64,000 nucleotides of DNA from Nemertoderma westbladi (lineage: Eukaryota; Animalia; Xenacoelomorpha), in NCBI GenBank assembly GCA_032718475.1, contig JAUCBJ010001006.1:1-64000 (forward strand). Direction: 5' to 3'. A program made the translations under genes and the position numbers. Within the stretch, counting starts at the first letter, position 1, and every line of letters begins with the position of its first letter. Below, piece by piece: positions 38,286 through 48,602 of the stretch. The notes below the pieces were generated by a model. It was not told where the DNA came from. It saw only the letters and a list, made by a program, of their open reading frames with translations, and did not search any database.

Positions 38286-41200
38286 CTTACTTACTATACT
38301 TAGTGACTATTATAAAAAATTATTATAAAAAAAAGGAATACCTGAACTGTACTGCTGTACTGACTACTGCCTTGACAACTGTCAGACTTTGTGGCGCCAA
38401 ATTATATATTTCTGATTGTGTTGCCTCTATATTCGAGTGAACGCGTCACTGCAGTCGGCGTTTTGATGGCAGCTTGTTGTGGCTGCAATGGACGGTTCGG
38501 GCGCTGCAAGAAATGTATATGCATCAGGAATAGCTTGCGGTGCTTATCGTGTGCCCCAGGAAGAAACGGTAATTGCGAGAACAGCCAGCACCCTTCCTCT
38601 CAACCTCTACCGGATCGCCACAAACGACCTTCGTTCTCCCAGACGTCAGTCTCACAGCCGCTTAACTCTTGCGCTGCTTTGGAAAGTCCAGCAAACGATA
38701 CATTGATGGATCAGGACGAAACTATACTGGGTGGATCCCCGATTGTCCAGGATACTCCTCTAGCTGCCAGTGCGTCAGCATCATTGAACTCTCCAGTTTG
38801 GTCTCCGGGCGCAGCACGAGCGAGGGCCAGTGCAATCATATCTAGGATTCGGAGCCCTGGTACAGGGTCTGCTTTGGGGTCAGCAGTTAAAGACGTTATA
38901 CTTCAGACCCCGAACTATTCAGATCCCCGAGCAGTCAAGTCCGTTCCTTCAGCAGTCCAGTCCGGTTCCCCTTCAGTCCAGTCGGGTCCCCTGCAGTCCA
39001 GTCGGTGCGCCCAGCAGTCCAGTCGGGTCCCCCATCAGTCCATTTGGTGCGCCCAGAATTCCAGTCAGGTCACCCATCAGTCCAGTCGGGTCCCCCATAT
39101 GTCCAGTCCAGTCGGATCGCCCAGCAGTCCCAGTTGGTTCCCCATCAGTCCAATCGGGTCCCCCAGCAGATCAGTTGGGTCTCCCATCAGACCAGTCGGA
39201 TCCCTCAGGAGTCCAGTCAGGTCCCCCAGCAGTCCAGTCGGGTCACCCATCAGACCAGTCGGGTCCCTCAGGAGTCCAGTTGGGTCCCCCAGCAGTCCAG
39301 TCGGGTCCCCCTTCAGACCAGTCGGGTCCCCCATCAGTCCAGTTGGGTCCCCCTTCAGACCAGTCGGGTCCTCAGGAGTCCAGTCGGGTCCCCCGGCAGT
39401 CCAGTCAGGTCTCCCATCAGACCAGTTGGGTCCCTCAGGAGTCCAGTCGGGTCCCCCAGCAGTCCAGTCGGGTCTCCCTTCAGAACAGTTGGGTCCCCCT
39501 TCAGTCCGGTTGGGTCCCCCAGCAATCCAGCCGGGTCCCCCACCAGTCCAGTTGGCACCATCGGCATCTATCGGTCGACCTCTGCCATCCTCCCTGTGCA
39601 ATGTTGGACTCACTTCAACAAAGTGTCAGCCCCCTACAGTCGCGGGTCAGTCGTCCATCCCAACTCATACTGTATCTTGATGTAATACAACTCTACCAGT
39701 CCAGGAGATCTCTAGTTCTGTGGAGAAGGTGTACAGCACCATCGTACACTGGAGACCCAACCTATTTTTAGTTCCTATGGGCGCTGGAGGTAGAGAGTTG
39801 GTCTCCGAGTATACACGGCTGGTTAAACTGTTTACATCAGGATCAGAGTTACAGGAGATCGCCCTTTATGCACTGATGTGCATACCAGCGCTCCTGTTAC
39901 AGAAACCCAGTAGGTCATCCAACGCAGCGACCCACAGGAAGATTCTGGAACGTCGTCTGTGTGATTGGCGGGCTGGTCGATTCCTACAGCTGTTGGTGGA
40001 AGCGAGAGCCATCAAAAAACACCTTCCAACGTCCCGGGTAAAGAAATCAGATACAGAGGCGATCCGGAAGGCGTTTGTACGCCACATGCTGACTGGGAAC
40101 GTGTCAGCGGCCACCCGTTGTCTCTCCGATATCAACAAAGGTAGTCCCATGAAACTGTCAGACACCTTTGTTGATAAGAATGGGGCTACCCGACGGGTGA
40201 GGGACGTTCTGCTGGAGAAACACCCGCCAGCCGCCCCAGCTGACAGTTCAGTGCTCCTGACGGAGTGGGATGGAGCGCCAGAACACCATAACGTCGTGTT
40301 CGAGCGGCTAGATGGCTCCCTCATCCTATCGAGTCTTTTCCGGATGAGAGGTAACGGTGCTAGTCCTTCTGGGTTGGATGTCCAGGGGTGGAAGCACATC
40401 CTGACCAAGTTCCGCCAACAATCCATTGACCTGTGTGGTGCCATAGCCGACATGGCGAAACGGATTAGTCAGGATGTGCTGCTCTCTGGCGTGATGTCGG
40501 CGCTCCTCTCCTGTCGGCTGTTGGCGCTCGATAAGTGCCCCGGAGTTCGTCCGATCGGCATTGGCGAGGTTCTACGGAGGGTTATCGGGAAGGCGGCGAT
40601 GCGGTGCATCACAGAGGATCTTCAGAGCGTTGGTGGGTCGACTCAGCTGTGTATGGGCCAGAAAGCTGGCATAGAATATGCCATACACAGTCTGAACGAG
40701 ACATTCTCAGAGGACGACTGCGAGGCCGTCCTCCAGATCTACGCCACCAACGCATTCAACTCGCTGAACCGCGACGCCGCCATCCATAACATCCGCCACG
40801 TCTGTCCCTCCCTTCACACCATCGTAACAAACTGTTACAGCGAACCAACGCGACTGTTTGTAGGGGGGGAGACTATCTACTCCAGGGAGGGGTCGACCCA
40901 GGGGGACCCGGCTGCGATGCCAATGTTCTCCGCTGGGACACGGCCATTGCTATCGGAGATCGCTGCCGCCTGCGTGGTGAACCAGAAATGGTTTGCCGAT
41001 GACGGCAAGCGGCGGGTGCCCTCAGGGAACTAAGGAAGATTTGGGACGTGGTGGTAATGCGTGGTCCGCTGTACGGGTACTACCCGTCCAAGTGCCACCT
41101 GACGGTGAAGTTGGAGAAACTGGCGGAAGCAGAGGAGATATTTGCGGGAACCGGGATCGTCATCTCCGCGGGGGGGAACAAACTCCTAGGCTGTGTGGTG

Positions 41201-42692
41201 GGGTCTGCCTAGTACCACCAGGCCTACATCACCTCCAAGGTCGAGGAGTTCGTCGCAGAGGTAGACCGACTCGGCGACATCGCCAGCATCGACCCCCACT
41301 GCGCCTACTCTAACCTGGCGCTGGGGTTGTCCTGTCGCTGGCGGTTCCTTGCGAGGGTGGTCCCAAATGCCGCCCTCCATTTCGATGACCTTGAGGGCGC
41401 AGTTCTGCGATGTCTGTGCAAGATCGCCGACCACCCTTCGATCCCAGACAACGAACGCCAGCTCCTCTCTCTACCCATAAGGAACGGCGGTTTGGGTATC
41501 CCTCTCCCCTCAGACCTCACCAACCAGTTTGCAAACTCCTGCCGGGTCTTCGAACCGCTAGAGGGGGCGACAGCCGAGACCATGTCAGACGTCAGGGAGG
41601 ATCAGAACCCTATCACTAATCTGATAAAGGCTGAATCCTTCGTGGCGTCTAAGACCAAAACAACAGAATGTCATGGTCGGCTGTCGGAGTCCCAACAGAA
41701 TCTGAGGGAGCTGGTGTCGGAGAAGGGGGCTTCAGCTTGGTTGAACTCAAAACCGGTCACCCTTCACAAAACTCACCTGTCTAAGGAAGAGTTCCGCGAC
41801 GCTCTGTGTCTGTGCTACGGCTGGCAACCGAAGTCGCTCCCTTCTCGTTGTGTCTGTGGGGAACGATTTTCCCCTTCACACGTCCTGTTGTGCCCCACCG
41901 GGGGTTATCCCTCGATAAGGCACAGCAAGATACGCGATTTCGTTGCCGACGCACTAACCGAAGTAACCCACAACGTTGCAGTAGAGCCAACACTCCAGCC
42001 TTTAACAGGTGAGGAGTTCACCCACAGATCCACCTCCACAGAAGATCAGGCGAGGTTGGACGTCTCTGTCAGCGGGTTCTGGGGTGGCCGGTTTGAGAAG
42101 ACTTACTTTGACGTCTCGGTCTACAACCCTCTAGCGGCCACCAACGCAGCCATGACTGCCGAGGGCGCTTATTCCCACCACGAGGCGCGGAAACGCCTGA
42201 AGTACGAGGAGCGCATCCGAGAGGTCGAACTGTCGTCGTTTGTGCCTCTGTTACTTTCAGCCTTTGGTGGTACTGCGCCAGCGATGCAACAGTTCGTTAA
42301 GCGTTTATTGCTTAAACTCTCGGATCGTCGCGACCTCAGCTACTCTGAGTGTATCTGCTGGACGCGGAGGAAGATAAGCTTCGCGCTTCTCCACTCCAGT
42401 TTGATGTGTCTCCGTGGAGCGAGATCCGCCACCAAACGCCCCGTTTATCATCAGGTGTCAGCAGACTCGATTTGCCTGACTAACGCTGATACCAACACCG
42501 GCTAGACTGACTGTCAGTGGTAGTCATAGGCCTCTAAACAGGCCCTTCTTTCTTTATTTATTTTTTTTTTTTTATTATCGGTATCGGTGTAGGAATTATT
42601 TATTTTGTTCTATTAATAAAGTGCCTGTAAAAGAGTTATGCTGATATTGTGCAAATTATATAATAAACTAGTAAGTTAAAAAAAAAAAAAAA
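38286..42692 (+). mobile_element. CRE-like non-LTR retrotransposon with a restriction-like endonuclease (RLE), frameshifted
   Basis: Cys-rich N-terminus, RT (RPIGIGE, NAFN, QGDP, FADD), C-terminal CxC..H..C finger and RLE (RLDV..FDV..E..KRLKY), polyA tail at 42678-42692, possible TSD TAGAGAGTTA. Confidence 0.88.
38930..39555 (+). repeat. 21-bp-based tandem repeat in the CRE-like element
   Basis: About 28 variants of CAGTCCAGTCGGGTCCCCCAG, mostly open in several frames. Confidence 0.9.
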
Positions 42693-43316
42693 GTAGAGAG
42701 TTAGTAGCAGAGTAGTAGTAGTAGTAGAGTGGTTGTGGGGACCGCAAGCGCCACGTAGATAGAGGTAGTGAGCAGAGTGGTTCTGGGCACCGCAAAAGAA
42801 AGAAAGTAGTAAGTAGGGTTAGAGTTAGTAGAGAGTTAGAGGGTTTTAGTTAGACTTAGTAGAGCTAGTTAGAGTCGGAGAGTTAGTAGAGAGTAAGAGA
42901 GTTAGATAGTTAGCAAGTAAGTAGTAGGTAGATAGTATGATAGCACAGGGGTAGCATTAGAGATTAGGGCCTTAGGGAGTGGCAGAGAGTAGAGATGAGA
43001 TAGTGAAAGGAGTTGTTGGCGAGAGAGAAGAGTGCGATTCAGGTGTGGGGAGAGGGTAAGAGCGAGTTGAGTGAAAGAGCGGAGTTAGAGTGGCGAGAGT
43101 GTTGGGGAAACAAAAATTGTGTGAGAGAAGCGCACAATCGGCCCGACATGAGACGCCAGAGGGTAGTGACATCATACCCATAGGGAGCGGCCTGGAAAGC
43201 CGACTCCAAGAAAAATAACTCCACCCCAAACCCGATAATAGATCGAGTTCCAGCGGAATTGAAGCGCACTAGTGGTTGATGCTATCTTCTCACCAGGAAG
43301 ATAGCATGGGGGGGAG

Positions 43317-43828
43317 TGTTAGCGAATCAATTCCGCTAACACCCCACAAAGTTGGGCCAGCGAGGCCTCTAAGCAATATTGGGAGCACGAGGTTGATTAC
43401 CAATACCAACCTCGTGTCACCCCAACAAAGTGGGAAGGAGAAACACACACACAATAAGGGTCAAGGGTTACACCCCTGAAAGAGAGGAGAGTAACAGCAG
43501 CGGGGGGGAAACACCACTGCAGGGCAGAGGGTGTGAAGTAGGTTACTATCCAATGGGGGGAAGGCATCGGCTGAGTAGTATTATGCGGCCAACCGTGCAA
43601 TATATACTACCAGCTCTGTATTATTTATTCACTCTTAGTTAGTCAGTTAGTTAGGGTGTTACGGGAACTCTTAACACCGTCCCCGTCCACTGCTATCAGC
43701 CTATCTCATTCAGTGCATTACCGGTACTTATTCACCTGTGCTTATTTCCATCTTATCTATATATCTATACATACACGGATCAACATCAGAACTCTTTCAG
43801 CCTTTTCACATACACGGCGGGGACTGTG
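43317..43828 (+). repeat. 3' LTR of A with ~50 bp missing from the end
   Basis: Matches the 5' LTR up to CACGGCGGGGAC, then diverges. Confidence 0.9.
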
Positions 43829-43846
43829 TTCCACTTTGGAAAGAAG

Positions 43847-44403
43847 TGTGACGGGATCCAGGAAGGATCCCGGTTTATCCGGTTGTTTAGTTCACGCGTC
43901 CCCGCCGTGCGTATGAAAGGTAAAAAGGGTTCGTGTCATTCGTCGTATATAATAATCGGTTGTACGGATATATAGATATAGGGTATATAGATATAGGTAT
44001 GAATAATGTTGTCGTATACGGAAGGCGGGATACGGTAATTAAAGTCCCGGTCCTTCCCTAGCTAAACTAACTAACCTAACTAGCACCAATATGATACTGA
44101 GATAACTGAACTGAAATGATTACTGCCAACTGGCTATATTGCACGGGTGGCCTAATTACTCTACCTAATCGATGCCTTTCCCCCCCTCTGATTGGTTGAT
44201 ACCCTTGTTGGCGCCCTTTGGAGTGTTCCCGTTCACTCCACCTGTTCTCTCTGGGTTAGGGGTTTGGCCCCTGACCCTCATTGTGTTTCTCCTTCCCATT
44301 TTGTTGGGGTGACACGAGTTGGTGATTACCCAATCTCGCGGCCCCCAATATTGCTTATCGGCTTAACTTTTATGGGGTGTTAGCGGGATTGGATAAGCTA
44401 ACA
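43847..44403 (-). repeat. 3' LTR of B
   Basis: TG...CA termini, near-identical to 60614-61176. Confidence 0.95.
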
Positions 44404-45199
44404 CTCCCCCCCATGCTATCTTCCCGGTGAGAAGATAGCATCCACCTTAAGTGCTCTACAAACCCGCTGGATCCCGATCTAGTATCGGGTGTGGGGTGGA
44501 ATTCTTTTTTTTTCTCGGAGCCGGCTTTCCAGGCCGCTCCCTATGGGTATGATAACGCTACCCTGTATGCCTGGCGTCCCATGTCGGGCCGATCGCGCTC
44601 ACCTCTCACGCGACGTTTGTTTCCCCAACACTTTCGCCCTATCTCTTCTCCACCCTCACTCTAACTCTCGTATACCCTTGGACCTCCTCGTCCCTCACTC
44701 AGCCTCTTATTCTCCGCCCCCACACTAGAATTGCGTCCGCACTCTCTCCGCACTTCGCTCCATTACTCCGTCCCTCAACCCCACATCGACTACCTCATCC
44801 CTTCTGACGAATCTCCCCCCCTTTTTGTGCCGTTGCACTCAAGAAGTGTGAAATCGTCTGGTGTCTCGTCCATAGTGCCATAGTCAGTTATCCCCCCAGT
44901 CCCAGTAGCTAATTGAGAAAGGTTGCATGACTATAGTACTTACTCCGAACGTATATTTTTATTGCTAAACTACTGATTACTACGTACGTACATATAATTG
45001 CACTTATTTTAATTATTTGCATCAGCTTAGTTCGTACTTAATAGTTCGTATGTCCCACGCGGCGCCTTCCAGGCGTACCACGTCCAGGTTTCAGTTTCTC
45101 TCCCCCGGCCCTGGGAACCTATCTGTTCCTCTGGAGATAGTTCCCCCTGGCGTCTTCTTCCCTGGGTCATTTCTTGGTTACCACCGCTCCTCTGGGATC

Positions 45200-46450
45200 C
45201 GCTTTCTGCTTTCGGACTTTTGCCGCCACCTCCCTGCTGATTCCGGTTGTTGGCTCCTTGGGCGCTGGTGTTATTAGTTCCCGATATCGCTTTGCCGGTG
45301 GCCCCTCCGAGTGGCCCTGTTGTCTCCCCCTGGTGGCGTCCTATAGGATCATCTTCATTGGTCGCGGCACGTGCTCCGCCAAGAAATGCCTAAACTCCCT
45401 CGGTTCTGTGGCGTCCATCTGTCCAAATATCTTTGTGTATTCATCACTCCGGCATACGACGCCGCCGTTGCTACCTCTTGATAGGTAAACGGTAGCCTCC
45501 GCTTTACGATTTCCATGTGAGCCTCCTGATTGATAAGGAAGAAACCCCACTTGAACTCCTGGGCCTTCATGCGCTGGCGCGTCATGGCCCCGACGTCGGC
45601 CCATTCTTCGAAGATCCTAAACTTCTCTTCGTCGTCCATCCAGTCGCACTGGCGTCTGTAGTGTCCCCGAAAGTTGTACTTCGGACATCGGTTATGCAAC
45701 CGTGGACACGCCCCCATCCTGTGGCTTGACTCTCGGCAGTAGAGACAAAAGGTTCCCTTTTGGAACCGGTACAAGCAGCTCCTTTCCTGGTGGGTCTGTC
45801 TCCCACAGTAGTCGCAACCGAGTACCAATGTCTCCCGCCCCACGTCGTCTTTCGTCCCAAGCGATCTCCTCGGTCTGTGGAGTCGCTGGTAGGCGAACTT
45901 CTCCACGTTGGTGTCCCTGTCTACGTCGATCTCTCCGCCCCTCTTGGGCATCGTTTCCCCGAATACTATCCGTGGTGCCGTCCCCGGTTGCTCGCCCAAC
46001 CTGATAGTGCTCCCCGCGAAATCCATCGCCGGCTACTCGTGCACCCAGGTCCGCTTGCCGGATCTGTTCCCGAAGGCCCTCGCCCCACTGGCCGTCACCA
46101 CCCTTCCGCCAACCCAGTCCGTGTCCGAGTGGCCTATCCTCTCGATGGGCGGCATCTCTCCAAACTCGTCGTCGTCCTCCTCCTCCTCTGGCAGTGGCTC
46201 CAACCCCGGTATCCCGATGGATCCACTATGTCTCTTCCCGCCTTGGCTCTCGCCCATAGCTCTCCATCCCTCTAGCTCCCTTAACTTCCTTGGCGGTTGG
46301 TCGCCTTCGGCGCCCGCTGGTATGGCATCTCTTGCAACCCCGACGTCGACTGTTTCGGTGATCCCACCGTCCATCCCAGTTCTCGCCCTAGAGACTCCCC
46401 CGAACTCCCTGACGAAGTCCAATGAAGTTCGTCTAAGCCTGCCTGTTCCT
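45200..46450 (-). pseudogene. Probable C-terminal continuation of the accessory ORF: acidic linker and three CCHC-like knuckles
   Basis: ORFs 46033..46422 and 45355..46026 share a frame, separated by one stop. Knuckles CDYCGRQTHQERSC, CLYCRESSHRMGAC and CPKYNFRGHYRRQC. Confidence 0.7.
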
Positions 46451-47663
46451 CGAAGCCGTAACTCTGCGTCCTGGCCTCCTCTTCCCTCTCCTCTGCTTCT
46501 ATCCTCTCCCGTCTAGCGACTTCTTCCAGTCGCTTTGCTTCTCGTCTATCCGTCTCTAGCTGCTCCCAGCTCTGATACGGCGTATCCGTCTCCCCGTCTA
46601 CCAGATGTCGGCTGTTGTAGTACACCGACTTGCCCTTCAGCCCCGGGTGGTCTACCAGACCGTCGAAGGCCACTTTAAAGGCTCTCCTGTAGCTTAGGGG
46701 TGATCCTGATAACAGAAATGCCGCTGGTTCCCCCTCGATAACCACGGTCATAAATAAGTTAAGCAAACTTATCATCATCCTATCTTCCTGCAGGATATAT
46801 CGCTTCTGATATACCTTTATTGCTCCTCTGCGGAATTGATATACCTCTTGCTTTCCCGGTCTCGCTCCCCACTTTAGCGAGTTCGCTAGTTCTGCTCCGT
46901 ATTCTTCCCTGAACTTCCCCCAGTCCATCGGTTTGTGGCACACGAGCCCCAATAGTTGGCCCATCGCCACCGCCCCGCATTGGCCTGTGTTTTCGACTAC
47001 CCCCAACCCATCCGGTGCCGTCATAGCCATAAAGACCTTCTGCATATCCAGGAGGTTGGTGGCGTCCGGACCGATGATTCTCTCTGCATCCTCGCGAATC
47101 GGCGATCCTACTTTTGTCGTCGACTTCTCTCTTACCAAGACTTGTACCGCTTTCGGCAATCGGTTTAATTTCGGCCCGTCCTTCTTCCCATACGTTCCTA
47201 GATCGAATAAGAAGATGTCCCCATTTGGCGCGGCCAAATGTAGGAGTATGGTCCTGGCCGACCCCGCCGATCCTCGTCTCGAACCTGCCTCGTCTTCCAC
47301 GGTTCCCTCGTCGTCTAGGATCATATATCCTCCCCTGTTGACGGGCTCTATGAATCTCTTCCAGTCCTTCCTTGGTGATTCCCTCGGGTACTTCGGAATC
47401 CCGAACTTCGCCTCGTCCCCTTTCACCACGTAGTGGAAGTGTTGGAAGATCGCGTTGTCCAGCGACGGCGTCCCGTAGGTCCCAACCAGCCGCTGTTCGT
47501 GCATCTCCCGGAAGTGATCCTGCAGCGCTCGTGCCACGTGACCCCTTTCCAACCTCTTGTAGTATCCTTTCGTATTCTCTTCCGGATGCCTCTCGGTGAA
47601 ATCCACCAGTATCTCTTTTCCTCCTGACTCCGCCTTTCTCTTTCTGATCAATTTGCTCGCCAT
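46281..47663 (-). CDS. Accessory DEDDy-type 3'-5' exonuclease (WRN/EXD/mut-7/RNase D-like)
   Basis: ExoI YMILDDEG, ILLHLA..IFLFDL, ExoII LPKAV..KVGSPIRED, NLLD, ExoIII QKRYILQED. ATG at 47663. Confidence 0.75.
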   Translation of the reverse strand: MASKLIRKRKAESGGKEILVDFTERHPEENTKGYYKRLERGHVARALQDHFREMHEQRLVGTYGTPSLDNAIFQHFHYVVKGDEAKFGIPKYPRESPRKDWKRFIEPVNRGGYMILDDEGTVEDEAGSRRGSAGSARTILLHLAAPNGDIFLFDLGTYGKKDGPKLNRLPKAVQVLVREKSTTKVGSPIREDAERIIGPDATNLLDMQKVFMAMTAPDGLGVVENTGQCGAVAMGQLLGLVCHKPMDWGKFREEYGAELANSLKWGARPGKQEVYQFRRGAIKVYQKRYILQEDRMMISLLNLFMTVVIEGEPAAFLLSGSPLSYRRAFKVAFDGLVDHPGLKGKSVYYNSRHLVDGETDTPYQSWEQLETDRREAKRLEEVARRERIEAEEREEEARTQSYGFEEQAGLDELHWTSSGSSGESLGRELGWTVGSPKQSTSGLQEMPYQRAPKATNRQGS

Positions 47664-48097
47664 TCCGAACACTCACTCGCTCACCTGTAAGGTGGTGCCT
47701 TACCAAGGCACAATACAGATGAGTGATGTATCTAAGATGTTCTGTACGGTCCGATAATGGCCTATTCTTTAGTTAATTGCGCCCTTTTAGCCTAAATTAT
47801 TACTAATTAATTCTGAAGCTAGTAAATACACCTTAATTTCGATTTCTGTCAGTTACTTTTATTATGTTCCAGAATAACTTTCCTAATGTTGCCATTATTT
47901 GTAACTTTCAGCCCTATTCTATTTATTTTTATCTATCTATCTATCTATTTTTGGTTTAATTTTAATTCTACTGTCCTACTACTTACTATTGCCTATGGAT
48001 TATTCTATTCTCTAATCCACATTCTGGCCTACTCTGTGGGCCTGTGCAGTACAGCAGTATGCGTCGCGTGGCCACACGATTTACCCAGCTGTACTCA

Positions 48098-48104
48098 TTT
48101 TATA
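48098..48104 (-). promoter_or_regulatory. Internal TATA box upstream of the B accessory gene
   Basis: TATAAAA between the tandem array and the ORF; AATAAA at ~44958-44963 downstream of the ORF. Confidence 0.5.
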
Positions 48105-48174
48105 TGCCCCCCTCTTGCTACTAACTGCTAACTAATATCTATATCTTATATACCCTTTTACCTCTTACTCTCTC

Positions 48175-48460
48175 TCTCTAACTAGCGGTACTACGTACCC
48201 TCTAACTCTAACTCTTCTCTAACTAACGGTACTACGTACCCTCTAACTCTCTAACTAACGGTACTACGTACCCTCTAGCTCTCTAACTAACTAGCGGTAC
48301 TACGTACCCTCTAACTCTCTAACTAACTAGCGGTACTACGTACCCTCTAACTCTCTAACTAACTAGCGGTACTACGTACCCTCTAACTCTCTAACTAACG
48401 GTACTACGTACCCTCTAACTCTCTAACTAACTAGCGGTACTACGTACCCTCTAACTCTCT
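48175..48460. repeat. 29-36-bp tandem array with a GGTACTACGTACC core
   Basis: Eight copies of CGGTACTACGTACCCTCTA. Confidence 0.9.
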
Positions 48461-48602
48461 TCTGCCTACTAACTGCGTACCTACTATGTACCATTATTTT
48501 TATTTTTATTTTTTATTTTTTATTTGTGTGGGAAGGGCGTCTCGCCCTCAATCCCACCCCCTCAGTCCAAAGCTTGGACGACTAAACACTTCTCTAACTC
48601 CA

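Larger units (their letters stand above)
33284..43828 (+). mobile_element. Element A: non-autonomous BEL/Pao relative of B, nested in C
   Basis: 5' LTR at 33284-33851, 3' LTR at 43317-~43828 (truncated), PPT at 43308-43316, gag homologous to B, no RT/RH/IN. Confidence 0.9.

Noticed and set aside
48175-48460. CRISPR array
   Set aside because: There are no unique spacers and no cas genes, and the context is a eukaryotic TE.
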